A stretch of DNA of 64,000 nt from positions 2,001 to 66,000 of the forward strand of contig CAZYPO010000006.1 of the NCBI GenBank assembly GCA_964649225.1. Direction: 5' to 3'. Position 1 is the first letter of the stretch. Every line of letters begins with the position of its first letter. The position numbers and the translations under genes were made by a program. Below, one piece after another: positions 34,693-43,630 of the stretch. The DNA is from an uncultured Gemmatimonas sp. (GTDB taxonomy: Bacteria; Gemmatimonadota; Gemmatimonadetes; Gemmatimonadales; GWC2-71-9). The notes beneath the pieces were generated by a model. It did no database searches and was not told the DNA's origin. It saw nothing but the letters and a program-made list of their open reading frames with translations.

Positions 34693-35652
34693 ATGGACAA
34701 CCTCACCCATACACTGGCGGGACTGGCCCTGGCCGAAGCGGGGCTCAAGCGCACCAGCCGGCTCGCTACCGCTACCCTGGTCGTGGCGGCCAACCTGCCG
34801 GATCTCGATGGGCTGATCTACCTCTTCGGTGGCGGTACGGACGGGCTGGCCTTTCGGCGGGGCTGGACCCACGGTGTTCTGGCGATGGTCCTGCTTCCGT
34901 TGCCGCTGGTGGCGATCCTGCTGGGTTGGGATCGCTGGCGCGGAGGGGAGCGGGCAAGGCTTCGGGCTGGCCGGCTGCTCGCGCTCGCTGCCATCGGAGT
35001 CGGGTCGCATCCGCTGCTCGATCTGCTCAACACGTATGGTGTCCGCCTGCTGATGCCGTTCTCCTCGCGCTGGTTCTACGGAGATGCCCTCTTCATTGTG
35101 GATCCCTGGCTCTGGCTCACCCTCCTGCTCGGGATTGTGCTCGCGCGGCGCCGGGCTCGGGCCGGCCTGCGTGCGCCTGAACAGGCGGGGCGGCCGGCGC
35201 AGGCGGCGCTGGCTGTCGTTGCGGTCTATGCCCTCTCGATGGCCGCCGGGTCCAGCTACGGAGCGAGGCTGGTGGAGCGAAGGGCGCCGGATAGTCCGGC
35301 GGCGCGGACGCTGGCCTCGCCGGTGTTCGGGAACCCCTTGCGACGCGAGATCGTCCGGCAGTTCGACGGGTCTTACGAGCGCGGCCGGCTGCGCCTGCTT
35401 CCCTGGGAGTACACTCCACTGGGCCGGCGCTCCATCGGTATCGGCCTGCCGGGCGCGGCGGCTGCCGCGCAAACAGCGCCGGGCACGGCATTCCTGGGGT
35501 GGGCACGCTTCCCCCTTTACCGGACCGTGATCGCGGGTGACAGCCTCGACGTCACCATTACCGATGCGCGTTATGAGGGAGCCGGCAATCGTTCCTGGGC
35601 CAGCGTGACGGTCCGGGTTCCGGCCGGAGCCAAGCGCTTGGGGGGTGGTTGA
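34693..35652 (+). CDS. membrane-bound metal-dependent hydrolase (YdjM/YbcI, DUF457 family)
   Basis: 319 aa. MDNLTHTLAGLALAEAG...ANLPDLDGL...RGWTHGVL... Confidence 0.8.
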   Translation: MDNLTHTLAGLALAEAGLKRTSRLATATLVVAANLPDLDGLIYLFGGGTDGLAFRRGWTHGVLAMVLLPLPLVAILLGWDRWRGGERARLRAGRLLALAAIGVGSHPLLDLLNTYGVRLLMPFSSRWFYGDALFIVDPWLWLTLLLGIVLARRRARAGLRAPEQAGRPAQAALAVVAVYALSMAAGSSYGARLVERRAPDSPAARTLASPVFGNPLRREIVRQFDGSYERGRLRLLPWEYTPLGRRSIGIGLPGAAAAAQTAPGTAFLGWARFPLYRTVIAGDSLDVTITDARYEGAGNRSWASVTVRVPAGAKRLGGG

Positions 35653-36053
35653 TGAATCTCGGTTTACAGCTGCTCATGCTGCTGATCCTCGCGATTCCGG
35701 TCGCGTGCATCGCCTGGACCGTGACCCACGAGGAACTCTTCCGCGAGCCCCGCGAATGGTGTCTTCGCCGGAGTGAAACCAGCCGGAATCTCGTTCAGCG
35801 CAAGTTCTTCTACGTCTTCACCTGTGAGTATTGCTTCAGCCACTATGTCACGCTTCTGTTCCTCCTGCTGTTCCGGTTCACGCTGGGATGGCCCGGCTGG
35901 CGCGGCTACCTCGTCGCCGGGTTTTCACTGGTCTGGGTCGCGAACGTGTACATGAGCCTCTTCGGCCGCCTCCGCCTGGACATCCGGCACGAGCGCCAGG
36001 AAATCGTTCAGGCCGAGGAGGCGACGGCAGCAACGGACAAGGAGGGTGTGTGA
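35649..36053 (+). CDS. DUF1360 domain membrane protein
   Basis: 134 aa. WTVTHEELFREPREWC...FFYVFTCEYCFSHYV. The start (TTG 35649 or ATG 35652) overlaps the upstream stop. Confidence 0.75.
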   Translation: MMNLGLQLLMLLILAIPVACIAWTVTHEELFREPREWCLRRSETSRNLVQRKFFYVFTCEYCFSHYVTLLFLLLFRFTLGWPGWRGYLVAGFSLVWVANVYMSLFGRLRLDIRHERQEIVQAEEATAATDKEGV

Positions 36054-36535
36054 GAGTCCGAGTCTTCAACCGTCGCGGCGAGCTGGTGGGCCCGGTCGAA
36101 TCTCTCCATGTCGTGAAGACCGACGCCCAATGGCGTGCCCAGCTCACGCCGCCGCAGTTCCGGATTGCGCGGGGCAAGGACACCGAGCGCCCCTTCTGCG
36201 GCACCCTGCTCGACAACAAGCAGGAGGGCGTCTACGCCTGCGTCTGCTGCGGTCTGCCGCTCTTCGCCTCGGGATCGAAGTTCAATTCGGGCACGGGATG
36301 GCCAAGCTTCTTCCAGCCGATCGCCGCCGAGAACGTCATCAGCGAAGAAGATCGCGGTTACGGCATGGCGCGCACCGAGATTCTCTGTGCGCGCTGTGAT
36401 GCTCACCTCGGTCACGTGTTCAACGACGGGCCGGCGCCGAACGGGCTCCGTTATTGTGTTAACTCGGAGTCCCTCGTCTTCACCGGTCGCGAAAGCCTGG
36501 CGAGTCTGGCCGATTCCGCCGCGGACGACACCTAG
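36050..36535 (+). CDS. msrB: peptide-methionine (R)-S-oxide reductase MsrB
   Basis: GTG 36050 follows GGAGGG and overlaps the upstream TGA. GVYACVCCGLPLFASGSKFNSGTGWPSFF...CARCDAHLGHVFNDGP...RYCVNS. Confidence 0.9.
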   Translation: MRVRVFNRRGELVGPVESLHVVKTDAQWRAQLTPPQFRIARGKDTERPFCGTLLDNKQEGVYACVCCGLPLFASGSKFNSGTGWPSFFQPIAAENVISEEDRGYGMARTEILCARCDAHLGHVFNDGPAPNGLRYCVNSESLVFTGRESLASLADSAADDT

Positions 36536-36548
36536 GCTCCGTACCGGC

Positions 36549-37298
36549 GTGGCACCCCATCCCGCGCTGGAACACCTGGCGCATCGTCCCTGGCCAATTC
36601 CCTCCCGCCCCTGGGCGTTGCGACAGACCTGGCACGATCTGCTGTTCGCGCACTGGCCCGTTCCCGCGGCGGCGTTGCGCCCGCTGATTCCGCGAGCACT
36701 CACCCTGCAGCAATTCTCCGGGACAGCGTGGCTGGCGGTCACTCCCTTCTGGATGTCGGGGGTGGGGTTTCGCCGCTGGCCCGCTGTGCCGGGGATCTCC
36801 CGATTCGCCGAACTCAACCTGCGAACCTACGTGACGCTCGAGGAGCGTCCGGGGGTCTGGTTCTTCAGCCTGGATGCCGGCAGCCGGCTTGCGGTCCTCG
36901 CGGCACGCCGGCTCTACGGGCTTCCCTACCTCCACGCGCGCATGTGGCATCGCCTCCAGGAGGACGAAATCGTCTACCACTCCCAGCGGGCGGACGGCAC
37001 CTGCTTCGATGCCCGGTATGGACCGATGGGGCCCGCCGGAACCAGCCGCCCCGGCAGTCCGGAGCACTGGCTGACGGAGCGGTATTGCCTCTATGCGCAG
37101 AGCAGGTCCGGGCACCTGTACCGGGCCGAGATCCATCATGCGCCCTGGCCGCTGCAACCGGCCCAGGCCGTTATTGCCCGGAATGATCTGCCGCGGGTGC
37201 ACGGCATCGAGGTCGGCGGTCCGCCGGCGCTGCTGCATTTCTCGCGCAAGCTCGAGGTCGTCATCTGGCCTCGCGAGCGCGTTAGGGCGGCCGGGTGA
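36549..37298 (+). CDS. DUF2071 (YqjF-like) family protein
   Basis: Starts at GTG 36549. WHDLLFAHWPV...AELNLRTYV...GVWFFSLDA...LPY... Confidence 0.8.
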   Translation: MAPHPALEHLAHRPWPIPSRPWALRQTWHDLLFAHWPVPAAALRPLIPRALTLQQFSGTAWLAVTPFWMSGVGFRRWPAVPGISRFAELNLRTYVTLEERPGVWFFSLDAGSRLAVLAARRLYGLPYLHARMWHRLQEDEIVYHSQRADGTCFDARYGPMGPAGTSRPGSPEHWLTERYCLYAQSRSGHLYRAEIHHAPWPLQPAQAVIARNDLPRVHGIEVGGPPALLHFSRKLEVVIWPRERVRAAG

Positions 37299-37307
37299 TA
37301 TACTCCT

Positions 37308-37479
37308 GTGCTGTCCTGGTGTCCGGCCATCCCGCTCTTCGGGGCGTTGTTCGGGGCGGGCGACCATTCTGCTGCCCATCGGCTACGGGATCTTCGGTTT
37401 CTGGTTCAGTCTCCTCGCAGCGGCTCTCGACAACCTGGTCGCCAAGCTGGTGGGCGGATTCGAGATCGTGGTGGAATAA
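37308..37479 (+). pseudogene. small TM protein (C-terminal ...YNLVAKxVGGxE-type motif) apparently frameshifted near 37355-37363
   Basis: Frame 0 reads VLSWCPAIPLFGALFGAG. Frame 1 then reads ATILLPIGYGIFGFWFSLLAAALDNLVAKLVGGFEIVVE*. The conserved C-terminal frame has no start codon of its own. Confidence 0.35.
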
Positions 37480-37484
37480 CAGAA

Positions 37485-37808
37485 ATGCAACGACCCCGGC
37501 GCACCGTGCTCGTCTCTGCGCTGCTTGCCGTGGCGTTGAGCCTGCCCCGGCGCGCGCAAGCGCAGGGGGGTCGCGTCCCGGGTCGGCTCGATCGCTGGGT
37601 GGGAACCTTGCACGCAGTGGCGGGCCTGCAGCTGCGAATCGGCCGGAGTTGGGGCGGTCGCGCGGAGTTACGGCTGCGCGCGGTCCCGCCGTTCAGCGGT
37701 CACACCATCGAATCTCGACTTGGGGCTGGTGCGGGATGCCCTGAGCGCGGGTGGTTCGATCACTCGGCCTGCTCCACCGATACCTCCACCGCTCCTTCGT
37801 CGTCATAA
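37485..37808 (+). CDS. orphan signal-peptide ORF (possible truncated secreted-protein fragment)
   Basis: MQRPRRTVLVSALLAVALSLPRRAQAQ is followed by ~80 aa with no recognisable fold. The 3' end overlaps the convergent CPXCG gene by 49 nt. Confidence 0.25.
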   Translation: MQRPRRTVLVSALLAVALSLPRRAQAQGGRVPGRLDRWVGTLHAVAGLQLRIGRSWGGRAELRLRAVPPFSGHTIESRLGAGAGCPERGWFDHSACSTDTSTAPSSS

Positions 37809-38011
37809 CTGACGTGCACACGCCAGGGGCGGCAACAGACCTGGCAGTCCTCGATGTATTCCTGCGCCAGGCCGCCGTCGGGGTCGAGCGCGATCGTTAC
37901 GCTCTCCCCGCAATACGGGCAGGTGACTTCGGCTTCAGTGGCGATCTCGGAATCTTCGATCCCCGATTGCTCGTCGTCGAGCCGGTCCTGTTCATCCGCG
38001 TCGTGTCTCAC
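37760..38011 (-). CDS. CPXCG motif-containing cysteine-rich protein
   Basis: 83 aa. VTCPYCGESVTIALDPDGG...EYIEDCQVCCRPW. GAGAGGA SD before the GTG. Confidence 0.85.
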   Translation of the reverse strand: MRHDADEQDRLDDEQSGIEDSEIATEAEVTCPYCGESVTIALDPDGGLAQEYIEDCQVCCRPWRVHVSYDDEGAVEVSVEQAE

Positions 38012-38104
38012 GGTATCCTCTCAGTCGTTATGCTCTTGACACCCGCCTGCCGGAGCCGTCCCTTTCCTGTCTGGCCTGGGTCATTCTCCCGGAGGGTACC
38101 CCCG

Positions 38105-38494
38105 ATGGACATCTGGAGCGCAGCCTCGTGGGTGGGGAAGCTAGCCTTCTGCGGCTTCTTTTTCATGAACGGTCTGAATCACTTCACGGCCATGCAGGGT
38201 GTGGTTGGCTACGCGCACGCGAAGAACCTGCCGGCCGCCGGCGTGCTGGTGCCCCTGACGGGGGTCATGCTCATGGGCGCCCCGCTCATGATTCTGCTCA
38301 AGTGGCACCCGCTCTGGGGCTTTGGGTTGCTCGCCATCTTCCTGGTTCCGGCTGCCTTCCTGATCCACAACTACTGGGTGGAGACCGAGCCGATGCAACG
38401 CGGCAATCAGCGCGCGCACTTCGGGAAGAACCTGGCGCTGGCCGCGGCCTGCCTGCTGCTGGCCGTGCTCGTCCATCAGAGCGGGGCTATCTGA
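38105..38494 (+). CDS. DoxX family membrane protein
   Basis: Starts at ATG 38105. KLAFCGFFFMNGLNHF...LIHNYW...HFGKNLALAAACLLL. Confidence 0.8.
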   Translation: MDIWSAASWVGKLAFCGFFFMNGLNHFTAMQGVVGYAHAKNLPAAGVLVPLTGVMLMGAPLMILLKWHPLWGFGLLAIFLVPAAFLIHNYWVETEPMQRGNQRAHFGKNLALAAACLLLAVLVHQSGAI

Positions 38495-38706
38495 TGGGCA
38501 CCCGGGACCTGCGGATCGACGCTTACATCGCGAAGTCCGCCGACTTCGCCAAGCCGATCCTCAGACACATTCGGGAGACGGTGCACCAGGTCTGTCCCGA
38601 GAGTGGCTCACGGAGGCGAAGCGAGGAGACGCGGTCGCGTAGGCTCGAGACCGCGATCGAGTGGATGGCCGAAGGAAAATCACGGCACTGGAAATACGTG
38701 AAGTAG
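38494..38706 (+). pseudogene. YdeI/DUF1801-type protein reduced to its N- and C-terminal ends (70 aa)
   Basis: MGTRDLRIDAYIAKSADFAKPILRHIRETVHQVCPE is joined directly to ...EETRSRRLETAIEWMAEGKSRHWKYVK. As I recall them, full-length relatives are ~190-200 aa with both ends as here. Confidence 0.65.
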
Positions 38707-38715
38707 GAGATCGCC

Positions 38716-38940
38716 ATGGATGAAGAGGTCTTCAACCTCGAGCTGCGCAGATTCCTCAAGCGCTTTGGCATCACCTCGCAGCGGGAAATCGAGAAGGCGG
38801 TGGAGGCCGCGCTCGAGAGCGGACGGCTTTCGGGCCACGAGGTGCTGCCGGTCCGCGCGACCCTGACCATCCCGGGCGTGCTGGAGGACGTCCATATCGA
38901 TGGGGAGATCGCGCTGGCAGGCCCCCCCGCGGGAGCCTAG
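38716..38940 (+). CDS. DUF6494-like small protein
   Basis: 74 aa. AGGAG SD. FNLELRRFLKRFGITSQREIEKAVEAAL...GEIAL. Confidence 0.65.
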   Translation: MDEEVFNLELRRFLKRFGITSQREIEKAVEAALESGRLSGHEVLPVRATLTIPGVLEDVHIDGEIALAGPPAGA

Positions 38941-38984
38941 CGAAGGAGGAAGGCAATGGTACGGACTCTAGAGGGACGGTCACG

Positions 38985-39602
38985 ATGAGAGCAACGGCGC
39001 TGTGCGTGCTTGCGACGATCGTGGGTGGCGGACCCGGACTCAACGCCCAGGGGCAGCAGGCGCCGCTCAGGATCGCCGCGAGCAGCTTCGCTTCGGTCGA
39101 AGTTCATCTCAATGCCCGGTCGATCGGCACCCGCTGGTACGAGGAAGATGCGGGCCTGACCGGGCCGGCGCGGATCGCGATCAGCTACGGGCAGCCGCAC
39201 GCCCGCGGGCGACAGGTGGAGGGCGGCCTGATCCCGCGGGACACTGTATGGCGCTTCGGTGCCAATCAGGCGACCTCACTCCACACCGACGTCGACCTGG
39301 CGCTCAGCGACCTCAAGGTTCCGCGCGGTGACTATTCGCTCTTTCTCCTGTACGGTCGCGCCGGCTGGCAGTTGATCGTGAATCGCGGCACGGCGCAGTG
39401 GGGCACCGATTACGACGCGGCGCGCGATCTCGGCCGAGTGAGTTTGAACAGCCGCCGGCTGGCGGAGCCGGAGGAATCGCTGACCCTGTATCTCGTGCCC
39501 GAGGCGGCTCGGCCCGCCACGGGATACGCCGAGCTGCGCGGCGCGCTGCGCATCAAGTGGGGAAGCACCGAGCTGAGCACTACCTGGAGTGTGACTCACT
39601 GA
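38985..39602 (+). CDS. DUF2911 domain protein (secreted)
   Basis: 205 aa. ISYGQPHARGRQVEGGLIP...VWRFGANQATSLHT...VPRGDYSLFL...WQLIVN... Confidence 0.85.
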   Translation: MRATALCVLATIVGGGPGLNAQGQQAPLRIAASSFASVEVHLNARSIGTRWYEEDAGLTGPARIAISYGQPHARGRQVEGGLIPRDTVWRFGANQATSLHTDVDLALSDLKVPRGDYSLFLLYGRAGWQLIVNRGTAQWGTDYDAARDLGRVSLNSRRLAEPEESLTLYLVPEAARPATGYAELRGALRIKWGSTELSTTWSVTH

Positions 39603-39624
39603 GGTGACGGGAAAGGCCCGCTGA

Positions 39625-40416
39625 ATGCCAGGTTTTCAAGCGGCGGGGATGAGCGCGCCGCGGCCGTACCTCCTCGACGAGACAACCTGGAAAAGCGTGC
39701 GCGATGGGGCGTATGCCGTCGCGGTCCTGCCCTGGGGAGCCACCGAGGCCCACAATCTGCACCTGCCCTACGGGACCGATTCGATCGAGGTGGGTCACGT
39801 CGCCGCAGAAGCGGCCCGCGTTGCCTGGCAGCGAGGGGCGCGGGTGATCGTGCTCCCGACCGTCCCCTTCGGCGTAAATACCGGGCAGTTCGACATTCCG
39901 CTCTGCATCAACATGAACCCCAGCACCCAGGCCGCGCTGCTGCGAGACGTGGTCGAAAGCGTGGAGCGTGCCGGGGTCCGCAGGCTGGTCTTGTTGAACG
40001 GGCACGGCGGCAACGATTTCCGTGCCATGATCCGTGAACTGGTGCCGGGGCGCTCTCTCTTTCTGTGCACCGTGAACTGGTACAATATCCTGGATCCGCG
40101 TCCCTTTTTCAGCGAGCCCGGGGACCACGCGGGTGAGCTGGAGACCAGCGTCATGCTCTCGATCGCCCCCACGCTGCTGCTGCCCCTGGTGGAAGCTGGC
40201 CCGGGCTCGGCGCGGCAGTTCACGGTGCGGGGCCTCCGCGAAGCCTGGGCCTGGGCGCCGCGACAGTGGTCGAAGGTGACGGTCGACACCGGCGTGGGTG
40301 ATCCGGCGCAGGCCTCGGCCGCGAAGGGCGCGAGCTTTCTGGAAGCCGTCACCGAACGCCTGGCGGGATTCCTGACCGAGCTTGCCGCCGCGGATCCCGA
40401 GGAGCTCTACCAATAA
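39625..40416 (+). CDS. creatininase family amidohydrolase
   Basis: 263 aa. AVLPWGATEAHNLHLPYGTDS...LLNGHGGN...HAGELETS. Confidence 0.85.
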   Translation: MPGFQAAGMSAPRPYLLDETTWKSVRDGAYAVAVLPWGATEAHNLHLPYGTDSIEVGHVAAEAARVAWQRGARVIVLPTVPFGVNTGQFDIPLCINMNPSTQAALLRDVVESVERAGVRRLVLLNGHGGNDFRAMIRELVPGRSLFLCTVNWYNILDPRPFFSEPGDHAGELETSVMLSIAPTLLLPLVEAGPGSARQFTVRGLREAWAWAPRQWSKVTVDTGVGDPAQASAAKGASFLEAVTERLAGFLTELAAADPEELYQ

Positions 40417-40432
40417 ACCCCGGAGGAGTGCT

Positions 40433-40747
40433 ATGACGCGGGTCGCGTTGGGAATCCTGTGCGGGGGGGTGTTCGGCGCCGTCGCCGTGGCCACGATGCT
40501 CCCGATGACGTTTCCCGACAAGCGCGCGGCCCTCATCGCGGCCTTCCTGAACCGGTTCGCGATCGGGCTCCTGATCGCGGTCTCGGATCTGGGTCTGCCG
40601 GGCTGGCTGCACGGGCTGGTGATCTCGTTCCTCCTCAGCCTCCCGCCCGCCCTGATGACGAAGGCATACGTACCCATCCTCGGAATCGGGGCGATCGGCG
40701 GGCTGGTGATCGGCTGGATCGTGGGTGGAGCCGCTGCCGCGCTCTGA
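40433..40747 (+). CDS. hypothetical membrane protein
   Basis: Starts at ATG 40433 (MTRVALGILCGGVFGAVAV...). About 4 TM segments. Confidence 0.6.
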   Translation: MTRVALGILCGGVFGAVAVATMLPMTFPDKRAALIAAFLNRFAIGLLIAVSDLGLPGWLHGLVISFLLSLPPALMTKAYVPILGIGAIGGLVIGWIVGGAAAAL

Positions 40748-41528
40748 CGTGTCGCTCCTCCGCCGTGGATCCGCGCTTCTGGCGACGGTGGTTCTGGCCC
40801 TGGCCTGTCAAGCCCGGGAACAGCCCGCCGCCCCCCCGCCTTCGGGCCGATTCATCGCGGAATACGGTCCCGCCACACCCGAGTACCAGGATTTTCGCGA
40901 CGGCCTGATCACCAATCGCTTCCTCGATACGATCGCGGCGCGACTCAACGATTCGCTGCGCATACCCAAGGACGTCACGCTCGCGACGTCGCACTGCGAC
41001 GAGCCCAACGCATCCTACGCTCCCGAGACGCGCCGCGTCACCCTCTGCTACGAGCTGTTCAAGGCCTTGTCGGAGCGGTTCGATCGCGAGGTGGGCGGGG
41101 ACTATCTCATCACCGGCACGCTGGTGTTCGCCCTGATGCACGAGCTGGGGCACGGGTTGATCGACGTGCTCGAGCTGCCTACGACCGGGAGAGAAGAGGA
41201 TGCGGTGGACCAGCTCGCCACTATCCTGCTCTTGAACCAAGGGGCCATCGGCGATTCGCTGACTTTTGGCGCGGTAGGCTGGTTTGCCACCAACGCGACG
41301 TCGAGCCAGCTCGACGATCTGGCGCTGGCCGACGACCACGGCCTGGACAAGCAGCGCGTGTACAACATCATCTGCTGGATCTACGGGCGGGATCCGAAGC
41401 GCTACCCCGAGGTGATCGCGGAAGGCTGGCTTCCCGAGCACCGTGCGGAGGGCTGTCCGGCGGAGTATCTCCGCTTACGGCGGAGCTGGCAGCAATTGCT
41501 GGCGCCCTATCGGCGCGGACCGCCCTGA
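40725..41528 (+). CDS. DUF4344 putative metallopeptidase
   Basis: 267 aa. VTLCYEL...FALMHELGHGLIDVLELPTTGREEDAVDQLA. The exact start is uncertain. Confidence 0.8.
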   Translation: MEPLPRSDVSLLRRGSALLATVVLALACQAREQPAAPPPSGRFIAEYGPATPEYQDFRDGLITNRFLDTIAARLNDSLRIPKDVTLATSHCDEPNASYAPETRRVTLCYELFKALSERFDREVGGDYLITGTLVFALMHELGHGLIDVLELPTTGREEDAVDQLATILLLNQGAIGDSLTFGAVGWFATNATSSQLDDLALADDHGLDKQRVYNIICWIYGRDPKRYPEVIAEGWLPEHRAEGCPAEYLRLRRSWQQLLAPYRRGPP

Positions 41529-41544
41529 GGGAGGCTTGATTCGC

Positions 41545-42027
41545 ATGGGCTATATCGATCGCCACCTGCTGTCCGGAGAGCGGGTCATCTATCGGACCCG
41601 GTTGCACTGGAAGCTTTACGTCGGGCCGTCGCTGCTGGTCCTGCTCGTGCTGCTGCCGCTGGCCATCTGGGCGCTTTCCTCCGAGCGCCCGGTGCTGGCG
41701 TTGCTTCCTGCCGTCGCGGCGGTGCTCGTGCTGCTGATTGCCTTCATCCGGCGCCGCACTTCCGAGTTTGCGGTCACCAACAAGCGGGTCATTCTCAAGC
41801 TTGGGGTGCTGAACACCCGCTCGGTGGAATTGCTGCTGGCGAAAATCGAGGGCATCTCCGTCACCCAGAGTCTTGCCGGCCGGCTTTTCGGCTTTGGGCA
41901 GATCGTGGTGACGGGGAGCGGGGGAACCCAGGAGCCGTTCGCCAGCATTCAGGCCCCCCTGGAGCTCCGGCAGGCGGTCCAGGCCGCCACGGAAGGCGGG
42001 CTTTCCCTCTCGGGAGAAGGGCCGTAA
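41545..42027 (+). CDS. bacterial PH domain (bPH_2/YdbT-like) membrane protein
   Basis: Starts at ATG 41545. LLSGERVIYRTRLHW..., two TM helices, EFAVTNKRVILKLGVL... Confidence 0.8.
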   Translation: MGYIDRHLLSGERVIYRTRLHWKLYVGPSLLVLLVLLPLAIWALSSERPVLALLPAVAAVLVLLIAFIRRRTSEFAVTNKRVILKLGVLNTRSVELLLAKIEGISVTQSLAGRLFGFGQIVVTGSGGTQEPFASIQAPLELRQAVQAATEGGLSLSGEGP

Positions 42028-42093
42028 GTTAGGGCCGCGCTTCAGGCGCCCTCAGGGGTGCTGGACTACCGTATCTCGAACCGGGAGGATTTG

Positions 42094-42549
42094 ATGCGAC
42101 GTATCGTGTTGCTCTGCTGTGCCGCAGTGCTGGTAGGGTGCGCCAAGAAGGAGGCCACGCCCGCCGCAGACACGACGGCCGTAGCGCCGCCGGCTCCGCC
42201 GATGCTCACCGCGGCCGATGTAGCGGGCACGTGGCATGTGCGGGTCATGGGCGAGGCGAGCGACAGCGTCATTACCGAGTACGATATGACCGCGACGGCC
42301 GCCGACACCGGCTGGAAGGTCATGCTGCCCAAGCGCCCGGTCATGACCCCGATGGTGATGTTCTCCGGCGACAGCGTGGTGGTGGACATGGGTCCCTTCG
42401 AGAGCGTGCTCCGCAAGGGCGTGCAAGTCACCACGCATGGCGTGAGCCGGCTCGCGGGCGGGGAGCTGGTCGGCACGACGGTGGCGCATTACAGCAAGGG
42501 CGCCGACAGCGTCGTGACGCTGCGGACCCGGGGCACCAAGACCCCGTAA
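42094..42549 (+). CDS. hypothetical lipoprotein
   Basis: GGGAGGA SD. MRRIVLLCCAAVLVGCAKKE lipobox. Confidence 0.65.
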   Translation: MRRIVLLCCAAVLVGCAKKEATPAADTTAVAPPAPPMLTAADVAGTWHVRVMGEASDSVITEYDMTATAADTGWKVMLPKRPVMTPMVMFSGDSVVVDMGPFESVLRKGVQVTTHGVSRLAGGELVGTTVAHYSKGADSVVTLRTRGTKTP

Positions 42550-42631
42550 GCAGTCCCGACAACGCGGGTTAGTCCGGCCGGCCGCGGCATACGCGGTCGG
42601 CGGGCTGTCCTGCGCGTGGCAATCCTCCCCC

Positions 42632-43624
42632 GTGCCCTACCTCCCCGCGGAATCGCGCTACGAATCCATGCCGTACCAGCGCTGCGGCCGAAGCGGGCTG
42701 CAGCTTCCCCCGGTCGCGCTCGGACTCTGGCACAACTTCGGCGGGGTGGATCGCTTCGATACCGCTCGCGAGATGCTGCTCCACGCGTTCGATCTCGGCA
42801 TCACCCATTTCGACCTGGCCAACAATTACGGACCCCCACCGGGCTCCGCCGAGGCGACTTTCGGTCGGGTGCTCCGGGAAGATCTGCACCCGTACCGCGA
42901 CGAGCTCGTCATCTCCAGCAAAGCGGGTTACCTGATGTGGCCGGGGCCCTACGGAGACCGGGGCTCACGCAAGTACTTGATGGCGAGCCTGGACCAGAGC
43001 CTGCGCCGGATGGGACTGGAGTACGTGGACATTTTCTACCATCACCGGCCGGATCCCGACACGCCCCTGGAGGAGACGCTCGGCGCACTCGATCAGATCG
43101 TCCGGAGCGGCAAGGCGCGCTATGCCGGCCTCTCCTCCTATCCGGCGGAGCTGACCCGACGCGCCGCGCGGATGCTCAAGGCCCTGGGCACGCCCTGTCT
43201 CGTGCACCAGCCCAAGTACAACATGTTCAACCGCTGGATCGAGGACGGCTTGCTGGACGTACTGGCCGAGCAGGGCATCGGCTGTGTGGTATTTTCTCCC
43301 CTGGCCCAGGGGCTGCTGACCGATCGCTATCTCAACGGGATTCCCGAAGACTCCCGCGCCGCCAAGCCGCACGGGTTTCTCAAGCGCGAGCACGTCAGCG
43401 CGCCGGTCGTCGGGAAGGTCCGCCGGCTGAACGAGCTTGCGCGCGCGCGCGAGCAGAGCCTGGCGCAACTGGCCCTGGCGTGGGTCCTGCGACACCCGAC
43501 GGTCACTGCTGCCCTGATCGGAGCGAGCCGGCCCGGGCACATCGACGACGCGTTGGGCGCCTTGCGGCGGCTCAGCTTTACCGCGGAAGAGCTGGAAGGC
43601 ATCGACCGGATTCTCGCGAGCTGA
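42632..43624 (+). CDS. aldo/keto reductase (YghZ/Tas-like, L-glyceraldehyde 3-phosphate reductase family)
   Basis: 330 aa. GLWHNFG..., THFDLANNYGPPPGSAE..., DIFYHHRPD... Confidence 0.9.
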   Translation: MPYLPAESRYESMPYQRCGRSGLQLPPVALGLWHNFGGVDRFDTAREMLLHAFDLGITHFDLANNYGPPPGSAEATFGRVLREDLHPYRDELVISSKAGYLMWPGPYGDRGSRKYLMASLDQSLRRMGLEYVDIFYHHRPDPDTPLEETLGALDQIVRSGKARYAGLSSYPAELTRRAARMLKALGTPCLVHQPKYNMFNRWIEDGLLDVLAEQGIGCVVFSPLAQGLLTDRYLNGIPEDSRAAKPHGFLKREHVSAPVVGKVRRLNELARAREQSLAQLALAWVLRHPTVTAALIGASRPGHIDDALGALRRLSFTAEELEGIDRILAS

Positions 43625-43630
43625 CCACAG

